DNA of 64,000 nt, from positions 19,993 to 83,992 of the forward strand of contig CAOKQM010000001.1 in the NCBI GenBank assembly GCA_948470875.1, given 5' to 3'. Origin of the DNA: an uncultured Clostridium sp. (GTDB lineage: Bacteria > Bacillota > Clostridia > TANB77 > CAG-508). This document shows, in pieces, positions 1-10,526 of this stretch. How positions within the stretch are numbered: the stretch's first letter is position 1; each line of letters starts with the position of its first letter. The notes under the pieces are model-generated. The model did no database searches. It was not told where the DNA came from and saw only the letters and a program-made list of their open reading frames with translations. Both the position numbers and the translations under genes were made by a program.

Positions 1-535
1 GCAGGGAAACGCTAGATACTCACTATAACACGTTATATTCGGCTTATGTGGATAACACAAATAAAGTAGAGGAAAAATTAAAACAAGCGAGAAAAAATAA
101 TGATTTTGAAAATATTAAATGTTTGGAAAAAGAGCTTTCGTTTCAAGGTTCAGGCGTGATTTTACATGAGTTATTTTTTACGAATATGGGACCTGCGACG
201 CGGAAGCAGACCGAGTATGAAATTGATGAATCAAATTAATCAAGATTTTGGAACATTTCCGACTTTTAAAACTCAATTTACGGCAAGCAGCAAAGTAGTT
301 GAAGCTTCTCGGTTGGAATTTGCTTGTATGGGTTCCAAAGTGGAAAAAGCTAGAAATCTTGCAGTGTGAAAAACATCAAAATTTGACGCTTTGGGGATGT
401 GTTCCATTGCTTGTATTGGATATGTGGGAACATTCTTACTTTTTGCAATATAAAGCAAATCGTGCGAATTATGTAGGTAGTTTTTGGAATATTGTGAATT
501 GGAATGAAGTTAGTAAAAGGTTTGAAAATATTTAG
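1..535 (+). pseudogene. sodA: Fe/Mn superoxide dismutase, 5' end cut by window; reading frame broken twice (+1 shifts at in-frame CGG 201-203 and 310-312)
   Basis: Three consecutive frames carry SOD motifs: GSGVILHELFF (like GGGHxNHSLFW), QDFGTFPTFKTQFTA (like RDFGSFDKFKEEFTA), GWNLLVW (like GWAWLV), and C-terminal LLVLDMWEHSYFLQYKANRANYV...WNIVNWNEV with the DxWEH metal-ligand motif. Removing the C at 201 and at 310 restores one frame (ATGSRPS..., ASGWNLLVW). Confidence 0.75.
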
Positions 536-588
536 TTTTTAGAAAAAACTCTATCGTAAATAAAACGATAGAGTTTAAAATTTTGAAG

Positions 589-1158
589 TTATGGTGGATT
601 AATTTCACAAAGAAGTCCTAAAGATTTGCCATTTTTATCGCATACGAGATATTCGGTGTAGGAGATATCGTTTTTGAGTAAAATATGGATATTCGATTTT
701 TTTTCTTCAAAAACCCAATAACCTTGCCAAAAAGGAATTACTTTTTGGTGATTTTTTCGATAAATCATCCAACTGTTTTCGTTGTGGCGGACAATACTGG
801 ACATAAGACCACCTACTGTGCAACCATGGAAAAAATCTGGCAATTTATCACCAATTGGTTCAGCTCTTAAAAGCGGTGAAATTAAATAGAAAAAACTATC
901 TTTTTCAAGGATATTCTCAAAATTAGTAATATGCCAGCAATAAAATCCTGTATTAGTTAATTGTGAGGTATCCCAACCAATTACACTACCGATAGGACAG
1001 CTTTTTGGATTTTCATTCATTCCTTTCATACTAATATAATATATGGTATGCTCTATTATAGAAATGGATGTTGAAAGAAATAGAGGAATATCTTTTTTGG
1101 AATTTATCCGGATTGCATTTAATTTTCGTTTTATTTCTTTGCGAAGAAAAAGCTCCAT
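589..1158 (-). CDS. hypothetical protein; possible permuted papain-fold or acetyltransferase-like fold
   Basis: ORF on minus strand. ATG at 1158 is preceded by AAAGGAGG, so the real start is the internal Met of track ORF 589..1179. No family recognised with confidence. Contains one in-frame CGG (plus-strand CCG at 1108-1110) read as Arg. Confidence 0.5.
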   Translation of the reverse strand: MELFLRKEIKRKLNAIRINSKKDIPLFLSTSISIIEHTIYYISMKGMNENPKSCPIGSVIGWDTSQLTNTGFYCWHITNFENILEKDSFFYLISPLLRAEPIGDKLPDFFHGCTVGGLMSSIVRHNENSWMIYRKNHQKVIPFWQGYWVFEEKKSNIHILLKNDISYTEYLVCDKNGKSLGLLCEINPP

Positions 1159-1342
1159 GAACAACCTCCTTTTAAGCAAATAGTATTTAAAACAATTTTA
1201 GTATAACATGTTTTTGATAAAATATCAATTAAAATTAGGAATCAAGGTTTGAAAAAAATATGTGAAGTTTTATAGTATAAGGGAATTGTGTAATTATGAC
1301 AGTGTTTTAAAAGAATCTGACAATACAAGATTTTGGGTAAAT

Positions 1343-1371
1343 TTGACATTTTTTGTATTTTATGGTAAAAT
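1343..1371 (+). promoter_or_regulatory. sigma-A type promoter (TTGACA-17 nt-TAAAAT) upstream of 1401..2126
   Basis: TTGACA at 1343-1348, 17-nt spacer, TAAAAT at 1366-1371; RBS AAAGGAAG before ATG 1401. Confidence 0.55.
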
Positions 1372-1400
1372 AAAAAATAGTTGCCAAGAAAGGAAGAAAA

Positions 1401-2126
1401 ATGAAAAGCAAAATAAGTAGTCAAAATTTAAAATTAATAATAGTCGCAACTATCATATTGATAATAATAGGTTGTGTGATTAAAATTTTGAATGTTGGAC
1501 AAGTAAATGAAACGATAGCAAGTTTAACAATAGAAGAAAATATATTCGAAAAAAGAATTTTGGATTCGGATACGATTCTTGCTACATATACGCCAAGAAG
1601 AGAAACTGCAAGTGAGGAAGTGGTTTCAAGATATGCAAGGGCGCGTGAGCGTGAAATGTACAATTCTATTGAGGAAATTACTATTTCAAAAGATATGAAT
1701 TTAACCAAGAGATGCAATGTCTCAAGAGAAGATTTTATTGCTTTGATAGCTGGAGTAAAAGCGGATACAGCTGGATTTTTTGAGGAAAATGCAGGTTTAA
1801 TTTATGATTTGTGCGAAAAATATGAAATAAATGAAATATTTTTCTGTGGTTTGATCTCAGCAGAGTCTGGTTGGAATATTGCAGGAAATCATCGAAGGAC
1901 ACATAATTATATTAGCTTAATGGGAGCTGGAGGCTCGCTAATTCAATTTGACTCAGTAGAAGCAGGATTGGAAAAAGCTGCAAGCACGCTTCATCAGAAT
2001 TATTTATCAGAAGGTGGAAGATTTTATCATGGTAAAACCTTAGCTGGTGTGAGAACGCGATTTTGTCCTGTAAATCCAGAATGGACAAATTTAGTTTATG
2101 GAAGAATGCAGCAAATTGTGAAATAA
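1401..2126 (+). CDS. membrane-anchored glucosaminidase-domain protein (mannosyl-glycoprotein endo-beta-N-acetylglucosaminidase-like)
   Basis: N-terminal TM helix (LIIVATIILIIIGCVI). C-terminal GLISAESGWNIAG...YHGKTLAGVRTRFCP resembles the FlgJ/LytD-type glucosaminidase domain (AESGWG motif). Confidence 0.6.
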   Translation: MKSKISSQNLKLIIVATIILIIIGCVIKILNVGQVNETIASLTIEENIFEKRILDSDTILATYTPRRETASEEVVSRYARAREREMYNSIEEITISKDMNLTKRCNVSREDFIALIAGVKADTAGFFEENAGLIYDLCEKYEINEIFFCGLISAESGWNIAGNHRRTHNYISLMGAGGSLIQFDSVEAGLEKAASTLHQNYLSEGGRFYHGKTLAGVRTRFCPVNPEWTNLVYGRMQQIVK

Positions 2127-2233
2127 ATTTTTAGTATTAAAAAAACGATTCTTAGATTGAATCCCAATATTAGTTTTTGGACTAACATTTGAGGTACAGT
2201 TTAAGAATCGTTTTTTCTATACTAGGAAAGTAC

Positions 2234-2260
2234 TGCGTGCAAATAGTTGCACACAAATTT
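2234..2260. repeat. intergenic near-palindromic motif X copy 1 (TGCGTGCAAATAGTTGCACACAAATTT)
   Basis: 27-nt motif with inverted halves GTGCAA/TTGCAC; second copy at 4641-4667 (TGTGCGCAAATATTTGCACACAAATTT). Confidence 0.5.
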
Positions 2261-2283
2261 CTCACAATTTTTTTTTGTCTAAT

Positions 2284-3675
2284 TTAAAATTCGCAGTTTT
2301 TTGGAGTTCTAGGAAATGGAATAACATCGCGAATATTTTGCATGCCAGTTAAGTACATGATGGCTCTTTCAAAACCAAGTCCAAAGCCAGAATGTACGAC
2401 ACTTCCGTATTTTCGTAAATCCAAATACCACCAATAGTCTTGTTCATTCATGCCTAAATCTTTAATTTTTGCAGTTAGTTTTTCTAAATTATCTTCTCTT
2501 TGGCTTCCACCAATAATTTCGCCAATTCCCGGAACTAATAAATCAGCAGCTGCAACTGTTTTTCCATCTGGGTTTTGCTTCATATAAAATGCTTTAATTT
2601 CAGCTGGATAATCCGTTACAAAAACAGGTTTTTTAAAAATCTCTTCACATAAATAGCGTTCATGTTCTGTTTGTAAATCCACACCCCAATGAACTTTGTA
2701 TTCGAATTTGTCGTTTGCTTTTTCTAATTCTTTTACAGCATCGGTGTATGAAATTCTTGCAAAATCAGAATGAATAACATTTTGCAAACGCTCTAGTAAA
2801 GTTTTGTCCACAAATTGATTGAAAAACTGCATTTCTTCTGGGCATTTTTCAAGCACGTATGAAAAAATGTATTTTATCATGTCTTCTGCTAAATCCATAT
2901 CATCTTTTAAATCAGCAAAACAGATTTCTGGCTCAATCATCCAAAATTCAGCAGCATGTTTTACGGTGTTGGAATTTTCTGCACGGAAAGTTGGACCAAA
3001 TGTGTAAATATTGCGGAAAGCAGTTGCAAAAGTTTCACCATTTAATTGACCACTAACAGTAAGATGAGCAGATTTTGCAAAAAAATCTTTAGAAAAATCT
3101 ACATTTTTTTCGTCTGTTAAAGGAACATTTTTTAAATCAAATGAATTCACATTGAACATTTCGCCAGCACCTTCAGCATCGCTAGAAGTCAAAATTGGTG
3201 TGTGAACATAAACAAAATCACGTTCTTGGAAAAATTTGTGTATCGCATAAGAGAGCACACTACGAACCCTAAAAACAGCGCTAAATGTGTTGGTACGAGG
3301 ACGTAAATGGCATGCTGTTCTTAAATATTCAAAAGTATGTCGTTTTTTTTGAAGAGGATAAGAATTATCTGCTAAACTCTCAATTTGAATAGATTGGGCA
3401 TGTAGTTCAAAAGGCTGTTTTGCACCTTCTGTAATCACAAGTTTTCCACTTACTGCGATAGATGAAATAATGGTTAATTTGCAGATTTCATCAAAATTGT
3501 TTAAAGAATTATCAAAAACAATTTGTAAGTTTTTAAAAAAGGAACCATCGTTTAATTCGATGAAACCGAAAGTTTTTGAGTCTCGAACGGTTTTCACCCA
3601 ACCTTCCACAAAAATGGTTTGATTTTCAAAATCTTTTGGAGATTTGTATAAATCTCGAATGGTTAATTTATTCAT
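2284..3675 (-). CDS. asnS: asparagine--tRNA ligase
   Basis: 463 aa. N-terminal anticodon-binding OB fold. Class II aaRS motifs [54 protein letters not shown]. Length and motif 2 match AsnRS rather than AspRS. Confidence 0.9.
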   Translation of the reverse strand: MNKLTIRDLYKSPKDFENQTIFVEGWVKTVRDSKTFGFIELNDGSFFKNLQIVFDNSLNNFDEICKLTIISSIAVSGKLVITEGAKQPFELHAQSIQIESLADNSYPLQKKRHTFEYLRTACHLRPRTNTFSAVFRVRSVLSYAIHKFFQERDFVYVHTPILTSSDAEGAGEMFNVNSFDLKNVPLTDEKNVDFSKDFFAKSAHLTVSGQLNGETFATAFRNIYTFGPTFRAENSNTVKHAAEFWMIEPEICFADLKDDMDLAEDMIKYIFSYVLEKCPEEMQFFNQFVDKTLLERLQNVIHSDFARISYTDAVKELEKANDKFEYKVHWGVDLQTEHERYLCEEIFKKPVFVTDYPAEIKAFYMKQNPDGKTVAAADLLVPGIGEIIGGSQREDNLEKLTAKIKDLGMNEQDYWWYLDLRKYGSVVHSGFGLGFERAIMYLTGMQNIRDVIPFPRTPKNCEF

Positions 3676-3826
3676 AAAAAAATCCTCCGATTCATAGTTT
3701 TTGTTATTATATCATATTTTATTAGAAAATACAAGTTTTTTTTAACGGAAAAGCGCCTTACTTAAAGGAACTAAAGAGAAATTGACAAAAGTTAGTTTTT
3801 ATGATATTTTTTATGAGGAGGTAACT

Positions 3827-4559
3827 ATGAATCAAAAAGTGATTTTGGTAACAGGAGCTTCTCGTGGAATTGGACGTGAAATTGCTAAAACTCTAGCAAA
3901 ACAGGGAAATATTGTTATTGCCAATTATAAAAAATCGGAAAAAGAAGCACAAGAACTTCAAGCTCAGCTAAAAGGATTTGGCTGTGAAATCGAGATTTTT
4001 AGGTGTGATGTTTCCAAACGAGAAGAAGTTCAAAAAATGATAAATTTTGTTATAGACCAATATGGTAGAATTGATGTATTAGTGAATAATGCTGGAATTG
4101 ATGATGAAAAAATGTTTGTGGATATAACAGACGAGGATTGGAATTATGTTATGCAAAATAATATATATTCTGTTTTTTGTTGTACACAAGAAGTTGTAAA
4201 ATATATGATAAACCAAAAATCAGGCTGTATTGTTAATATTTCATCGATTTATGGCGTTAGTGGTGGTTCTTGCGATGTGCATTATTCAGTTTCAAAAGCA
4301 GGAATAAATGGAATGACAAAAGCACTTGCCAAAGAATTACGGACTGTCTAATATTCGAGTTAACGCGATTGCGCCAGGAGCAATATTGACAGACATGACT
4401 GCCAATATTTCAGAAGAGGATTGGGAAGAAGTAAAAAAGGAAATTCCACTTGGAAAAATCGGGGAACCAAGCCATATTGCAAAATGCGTAAAATGGCTTG
4501 TGGAAGATGAATATACCACAGGACAGATAATTGAAGTAAATGGCGGATGGCATATGTAA
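3827..4559 (+). pseudogene. fabG: SDR family oxidoreductase, FabG-like 3-oxoacyl-ACP reductase; +1 frameshift at in-frame CGG 4340-4342
   Basis: TGASRGIG Rossmann motif and NNAG; YxxxK (YSVSKAG) in the first frame, then LSNIRVNAIAPG...IEVNGGWHM in the second frame. Start at ATG 3827 with GAGGAGG RBS. Deleting the C gives KELGLSNIRVN. Confidence 0.8.
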
Positions 4560-4566
4560 ATAAAAA

Positions 4567-4598
4567 ACAAGTATTTTGTAAGGATACTTGTTTTTTAT
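4567..4598 (+). terminator. rho-independent terminator after the fabG-like gene
   Basis: AACAAGTAT / ATACTTGTT stem followed by TTTTTT. Confidence 0.6.
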
Positions 4599-4640
4599 TT
4601 ACTAAGAAATATCTCCGAGTTTCCTAGTATATAAAAGCGT

Positions 4641-4667
4641 TGTGCGCAAATATTTGCACACAAATTT
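4641..4667. repeat. motif X copy 2
   Basis: See the 2234..2260 entry. Confidence 0.5.
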
Positions 4668-4697
4668 ACTTGGTAAATTTGGCGCACAAACAAATAT

Positions 4698-4751
4698 GTG
4701 GACTTTGCAATTAGTTTAAATTGTTTGACATTTGAGAAAGTCCACTTTGTT
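4698..4751. repeat. structured intergenic motif Y copy 1 (GTGGACTTTGCAATTA...GAAAGTCCACTTTGTT)
   Basis: 9-bp inverted repeat GTGGACTTT / AAAGTCCAC around a ~31-nt loop. Second copy at 11936-11977. Both lie immediately 3' of minus-strand gene stops. Confidence 0.5.
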
Positions 4752-4754
4752 CTT

Positions 4755-5883
4755 TTAAGTTTCAAATAATGTTTGACAAATGGTTTGTGTAGAATCTGGT
4801 TTTGCCAAAGAAATGGCGTTTTCTTTCATAAGTAGTAGTTTTTGTGGATTACGATATAGGTTTTTTAAAGCTCTTGCAATGTTATCATTTTTCTTAATCC
4901 AAATGGCAACACCTTTTTCTACTAAAAATTGAGCATTTTCCTCTTCTTGACCAGGAATTGGATTGATGATAATCATGGGTAGATGAGCAGTTAGGCTTTC
5001 ACTAGAAGTAAGACCACCTGGTTTTGTGATAATAAAAGAGGAAATAGACATCAGTTCAGGCACTTTATTGGTGTATTCTAAAACTTTGATTCTTTCTTCA
5101 GAATTTGTATTTTTTACCAGCTTTTCAAGCTTTTCTTTCATTTTTGGATTTTTCCCAGAAATAGCAATAACTTGCATTTTAGAAAATAAGCGAATTAATG
5201 CTTTTAACACCATAATAGTGGTTTTGTTTCCAAGCCCAAATTCTCCACCGTGCGAAAAATAATACAATTTGTTCATTTGGATTTAAAGCGAATTCTTGGC
5301 AAATTTGGTTTTTATCAAATGTTTGTTTGAAGTGGTCAGAAACTGGAATGCCTGAAACATAAATTTTCGATTCAGCAACTCCGAGTTGAAGCATATCATG
5401 TTTCATTTGATGATTTGAAACAAAAAAGTAATCGCAATATTCATGAAAAACGAGCCATTGACCATGAATATGAAAATCTGTTAAAACAGTGGCTAATGGG
5501 CAATCAATTTTTCCTTTTTTCTTTAAAATACCACACATTTGGGTTCCAAATGGATGAGTTGAAATAATGAAATCTGGTTTAAATTCTTGCAATAAAGTGT
5601 TTAATTTTATAGAAAACAGTTTGTTAGAGGTGGTTACTGCCTTAGAAGTAAATCCGTCATTAGATAAATGGTAAGCGGTTTTCCAAGCTAAAGGTAATTT
5701 TTTTGCTGCCTCATTATAGCTTTCTGCTAAAAATTTGTTTAAGTGTTTGTTAATATATTCAATGCAATCTACTAATTTTGTTTCAATATTGGAATAATGA
5801 GATTGAATATGATTTTCGATTGATTTTGCGGCAGATAAATGTCCACCTCCATAAGAACTGTAAAAAATTAGAACTTTTTTCAT
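4755..5883 (-). pseudogene. GT28-type glycosyltransferase (MGDG synthase / UgtP / MurG-like diacylglycerol glycosyltransferase); +1 frameshift at in-frame CGG (plus-strand CCG 5248-5250)
   Basis: N-terminal MGDG_synth-like region (MKKVLIFYSSYGGGHLSAA...) in ORF 5179..5883. C-terminal Glycos_transf_1-like region (GGEFGLGNKTTI...PGGLTSSESL...) in ORF 4755..5276. Deleting the C gives IVLFFAGGEFGLG. Confidence 0.75.
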
Positions 5884-6004
5884 AAAATCTCCCTATTTAT
5901 ATTTTTTTTTATTATAACATAAAAATTAAATTATTACAATATTTGGAATATTAAAAAAAGATATGGTAAAAATAATGTAAAATAAAAGGAAAGGAAAATA
6001 AAAA

Positions 6005-7358
6005 ATGAGTTGTGAAGTAAAAAACCGAATTTTTTTAATTGTGATTATAGTGTTGATTGCAGTGGTTGCAACAGTGGGGTATTATGCTTATGATGCAGAA
6101 AAAAAATATGGAATCATGGAAACCAACCATTATAATGAATCATTTGGAAATTTAGTAAATTATATGAATAGTGTTGAGAGTTTGCTTGCTAAATCTATGA
6201 TTTCAAAAAATCCGCAGCATGGTGCCGAAACGCTTACAGAAGTTTGGAGAGACGCGAATTTGGCTTTGGTGCATTTAGGAAGAATTCCCATGAATACAGA
6301 GGAACTTTCGCGGAACTGCTAAGTTTTTGAATCAAGTAAGTGATTATTCGTATTCTTTATCAAGAAAAAATATTGAAGATGAAGAACTTTCTGATGAAGA
6401 TTTTGAAAACTTGAAGTTACTACATCAATATAGTGTGCAATTAGAAGGAACGTTAAATCAATTGTCTGAAGAATTGTATGCAGGAAAGCTGAATTGGAAA
6501 GATTTAACAAAAAATAATTCTTTAGAATATGCACAAGCAGTAGATAATGTTTCTGTATTTTCTAATATTGATTCAAATTTAAAGCAATATGAAGGATTGA
6601 TTTATGATGGAGCCTATTCAGATCATGTCAATAAAGCGGAAAAAGTCGGGCTTGTAGGAGAAGATATTTCAGAGCAAGATGCGTATCAAAAAGTCAAAGA
6701 TTTTTTTGGAGAAGGAAAAATCGAAGGAATTGAGTTAAATCAATTTTTGCAAAATGCGGATATTCCATGTTATAGTTTTTCTGTGAAATTGAGAAACCAA
6801 GAAAATAAAGCGAATCTGGAAATTTCCCAAAAAGGTGGCTGGATCATTGAAATGCAAAATAATAGAGAAGTTGGAGAAGAAAAGTTGTCTCAAGAAGAAG
6901 CCAATGAAATTGGAAAAAGTTTCTTGAATGACAAAGGTTTTGAAGGAATGAAGGAAACTTATTTTACCAAATTAGGAAATGTGGTAACTGTAAATTACGC
7001 ATACGAATATAATGGAATTGTTGTTTATCCAGATTTGATTAAAGTGAAAATTGCTTTGGATAATGGCGAGATTTTGGGAATGGAAACAGAAGGATATTTG
7101 AATTCGCATACAAGTCGCGAATTTAATGAAGTAAAGTTAACTTTAGAAGAGGCTCGTGAGAATTTGAATCAAGATTTGGAAATTATGGAAGAAGGAATGG
7201 CAGTTATTCCAACAGAATGGAAAACAGAGATTTTGTGTTATGAATTTAAAGGAAAAGTAGAAGACCGAGAATTTTTGGTATATATTAATTGTGAAACTGG
7301 TCAAGAAGAGGATATTTTAGTGATTTTGGATACGCCAGGAGGAACGTTAACTGTGTAA
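6005..7358 (+). pseudogene. ypeB: germination protein YpeB (PepSY domains); +1 frameshift at in-frame CGG 6311-6313
   Basis: N-terminal TM helix then YpeB-like region; downstream part carries PepSY-like repeats (EANEIGKSFL..., TLEEARENL...). The two ORFs 6005..6322 and 6327..7358 join as ...EELSGTAKFLNQVSDYS after C removal. Confidence 0.7.
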
Positions 7359-7402
7359 TGAAAAATGCAACTCTTGTTTTCAGGGTTGCATTTTGCTTTT
7401 AT

Positions 7403-7744
7403 TTAATCTTCATAATGGTTTGCTTTGTCAGATACCCAAAAACAATTGTCAGTATGTAGATTTTCACCCCATTTGTCAGATATCCAAAAGCGGTCAGCAT
7501 GAATCACAATGGAGAAAAAGTCTGGCAACTGAATGCCGTCTTTTTTGGCGAGCTCATGCAAATATTCTTCGGAGTGCGATAATACCGAATAACCATTTCC
7601 AAGAATCCGCTCTTTTTTATTGATGAAACGAATCATATACTTCTGAAAATGAAGCATTTCTTCTAAAGAGACTTCTCTGGTCAAAGTTGACCGTTTTACA
7701 AGGTACGCAATTGCTTTTTTCTTTGTTTCAAGTTTAATTTTCAT
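7403..7744 (-). CDS. hypothetical protein
   Basis: 113-aa ORF with no recognised family. Contains an in-frame CGG (plus-strand CCG 7607-7609) read as Arg in KKERILGNGY. Confidence 0.45.
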   Translation of the reverse strand: MKIKLETKKKAIAYLVKRSTLTREVSLEEMLHFQKYMIRFINKKERILGNGYSVLSHSEEYLHELAKKDGIQLPDFFSIVIHADRFWISDKWGENLHTDNCFWVSDKANHYED

Positions 7745-7987
7745 TTTAAGTCCTCCTTGTTTTTACAATATTTAATAAATATAGGATACCATAAATGAAT
7801 CTAAAAGTCAACATAAAATAGAAAAATGATGATGAAAATTAGAAAAATCGAAAATTTCTCTGTTTTGTATTGAAATTGGTGCAAGAATGTTATATCATAG
7901 AATGGTCACAAAAAACAAATGATTTGAATAAAGTATAGTAAAATATCCACAAACTAAGAACAGATTGTGGAAATGTAGGAGGAAATT

Positions 7988-8755
7988 TTGCAAGTAAAAA
8001 TACAAAATTGGAACATAGATTATGAAACAATTGGTGAAGGAAATCCGATTATATTGCTACATGGCTGGCTTTGTGATAGAGAAACGATGCGTCCTATTGC
8101 CAATTCCTTAGCACAAAATTTCAAAGTATATTTGGTTGATATTGTTGGTTTTGGCAAAAGTGATTTACCAGAACATCCGTTGAATACGAACGATTTTGGC
8201 GATTTTTTAGCAGAATTTGTAAACCGATTGCATATCAAAAATCCAATTTTAATTGGTCATTCTAATGGTGGAAGAATGATTATAAATGCAGTTGGAAGAG
8301 GAATTGTAATGCCTAGAAAAGTTGTTTTAATGGATAGTGCGGGGCTTGTTCCTAAAAGAAAACCAAAATATTATGTAAAAGTCGGAATTTTCAAAGCAGG
8401 AAAAGCATTTTTAAATAAATTACCAGATGTTGGAAGTATGAAAACGTTTAAAGAAAAACTAATGAAACATGTTGGCTCAGCGGATTATAAAGCGTCTGCG
8501 CCGGTGTTAAGAGAAACCATGAAACTAATTTTAAATGAAGATATGTCTGAGTTTTTGCCTCAAATTAAAGTTCCAACATTGCTTATTTGGGGAACTAATG
8601 ATCAAGATACGCCAATTTCGGATGCCAAAAAAATGGAGGACTTGATTCCAGATTGTGGTTTGGTAGAATATAAAAATTCTGGTCATTTTGCTTATTTAGA
8701 AAATATCCAAAATTGTAATGTTGTTTTAAATGAATTTTTCAAAAATGATAAATAG
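7988..8755 (+). CDS. alpha/beta-fold hydrolase
   Basis: LLHGW near the N-terminus, nucleophile elbow GHSNGG, C-terminal His region (GHFAYLEN). Promoter-like TTGAAA...TGTTATATC about 80 nt upstream. Confidence 0.75.
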   Translation: MQVKIQNWNIDYETIGEGNPIILLHGWLCDRETMRPIANSLAQNFKVYLVDIVGFGKSDLPEHPLNTNDFGDFLAEFVNRLHIKNPILIGHSNGGRMIINAVGRGIVMPRKVVLMDSAGLVPKRKPKYYVKVGIFKAGKAFLNKLPDVGSMKTFKEKLMKHVGSADYKASAPVLRETMKLILNEDMSEFLPQIKVPTLLIWGTNDQDTPISDAKKMEDLIPDCGLVEYKNSGHFAYLENIQNCNVVLNEFFKNDK

Positions 8756-8808
8756 GTCAAAACTTGACTTTCATAAGTTAGATTCATACAAAAAAGGAAG
8801 GAAAAAAT

Positions 8809-10371
8809 ATGCAGAATCTATTGATTGGGTTAAATTTAATTTTATTTTTAATTTACTTTTACAAAAAAATACGTGAAGGACTTCACATTTTACAATTGGA
8901 GAATTATTATAATGACCGATATTTGGTATGGATGAGACGATATATTCAAAAAGTATTAAATATAAAAGTAATTGGTTTATTGCTGATACCATTTTTATTG
9001 CTAATACTGAATTTCAATTATATCGCAGTTATCGCAAATATCATTATTTATTTAATTTTAATTGCAACTTCTAAAAAACCAAAAGAAAAAAAAGCCTTTG
9101 TTGTCACAGCCAGAATCAGAAGAATGTATCTTACATATTTAGTCATTTTTGTAGGAATTACATTAATCGCGATTTTTGTAAATGCCAAAATAGGGCTTAT
9201 CATTGCAAATATTTGTGCAATGTTTGCTTATGGATTTGTGTATTTGGTAAATCTGATAAACAGGCCAATTGAGAAAAGTATTCGAAAAGGATTTTGCGTT
9301 AAAGCCAGCAAAAAGCTAAAAGAAATTCCAAATTTAAAAGTTATTGGAATTACAGGAAGTTATGGAAAAACGAGCACGAAATATGCAGTTAATACGATTT
9401 TATCACAAAAATTTAATACTTTAATGACACCAGAAAGTTATAACACAACCATGGGAGTTGTGCGTACTATTAATGAAAAATTGACTTCAACACATCAACT
9501 TTTCATTTGTGAAATGGGAGCCAAATATGTGGGAGATATCAAAGAAATTTGCGATATTGTAAATCCTGAATTTGGCATTGTAACAGCGATTGGTCCACAA
9601 CATCTAGATACATTTGGGTCATTAGAAAATGTGAAAAAAACGAAATTAGAATTGGTGGATTCGCTTCCCAAACAAGGATTGGCATTTGTTAACTGGGAAG
9701 ATGAAAATATTCGAAAAGCTGAACTTCCAGAATATATTGTAAAATTTGGGTTAACCAAAAAAGCAGATTATTATGCAGAAAAAATAGAGATAACTGAATA
9801 TGGCTCAAGCTTTGATGTAATTTTACCAAACAAAGAAAAAATACACATTAAAACAAAATTGTTAGGAGAGTTAAATATTTTAAATATTGTGTGTGCTGTA
9901 GCAATTGCAGATAAATTAGGAATGACAGCAGAAGAAATAAAAATTGGTGCAAAATATTTAAGACCAGTTTCTCATCGATTGCAATTAAAACAAAATCCGA
10001 ATGGAAGTATTATTATTGATGATGCTTATAATTCAAATATAAAAGGTGCAAAAATGGCATTGGAGGTATTAAAATCGTTTGAGAATAAACAAAGGGTTTT
10101 GATTACACCAGGCATTGTGGAATTAGGTGAAGAAGCTGATAAAATTAACCGAGATTTGGGCAAAAAAGCTGCTGAATGTGCAGATTATGTTATATTGGTT
10201 GGCGAAAAGCAAACACTTCCAATTTTGAATGGACTGCAAGATAGGCATTATCCAAAACAAAATACGTTTGTTGCTAAGAATTTGGAAGAAGCGCTTCAGC
10301 AAATGAATCGAATTACCAGTAATCGTACTGTTATTTTGTTAGAAAATGATTTGCCAGATAATTATCTTTAA
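8809..10371 (+). CDS. murF: UDP-N-acetylmuramoyl-tripeptide--D-alanyl-D-alanine ligase (MurF) with an atypical ~150-aa multi-pass membrane N-terminus
   Basis: Mur ligase P-loop IGITGSYGKTSTK, central ICEMGAKYVGDI...TAIGPQHLDTFGSLENV, C-terminal IIIDDAYNSNIKGAKMAL...VLITPGIVELGEEA. N-terminal 150 aa are about four predicted TM helices replacing the usual MurF N-domain. ddl lies directly downstream. Confidence 0.75.
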   Translation: MQNLLIGLNLILFLIYFYKKIREGLHILQLENYYNDRYLVWMRRYIQKVLNIKVIGLLLIPFLLLILNFNYIAVIANIIIYLILIATSKKPKEKKAFVVTARIRRMYLTYLVIFVGITLIAIFVNAKIGLIIANICAMFAYGFVYLVNLINRPIEKSIRKGFCVKASKKLKEIPNLKVIGITGSYGKTSTKYAVNTILSQKFNTLMTPESYNTTMGVVRTINEKLTSTHQLFICEMGAKYVGDIKEICDIVNPEFGIVTAIGPQHLDTFGSLENVKKTKLELVDSLPKQGLAFVNWEDENIRKAELPEYIVKFGLTKKADYYAEKIEITEYGSSFDVILPNKEKIHIKTKLLGELNILNIVCAVAIADKLGMTAEEIKIGAKYLRPVSHRLQLKQNPNGSIIIDDAYNSNIKGAKMALEVLKSFENKQRVLITPGIVELGEEADKINRDLGKKAAECADYVILVGEKQTLPILNGLQDRHYPKQNTFVAKNLEEALQQMNRITSNRTVILLENDLPDNYL

Positions 10372-10526
10372 CACTATTTTTAAAGGTGTTGTTCTTTAAA
10401 AATCCTTACAAAAGGCTTTGTCCTTTTGAAAATTGGTGAGTAGAATTTTGTGATAAAATCTGTTTGAAAACTATGCGTTAGTCACGTGAATGAAGATGTT
10501 ATAAAAAGAGGAAAGGAAATTGAATC

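Noticed and set aside
685-870. Plus-strand 61-aa ORF inside the minus-strand gene 589..1158
   Set aside because: Antisense overlap with a longer ORF that has a strong RBS; low-complexity translation. Same reasoning for 1421..1717(-), 2819..3056(+), 8020..8238(-), 9495..9758(-), 13509..14194(-), 18829..19245(-), 20246..21050, 22690..29981(-) small ORFs, 39706..41150(-), 41897..42274(-), 43456..48099(-), 49427..57277 small ORFs, 62242..63241(-) and 63530..63853(-). All are AT-rich antisense or intergenic frames with no motifs.
3676-3826. T-box leader upstream of asnS
   Set aside because: The intergenic region is only ~150 nt and is shared with the divergent fabG-like gene. Too short for a T-box, and no specifier or antiterminator features seen.
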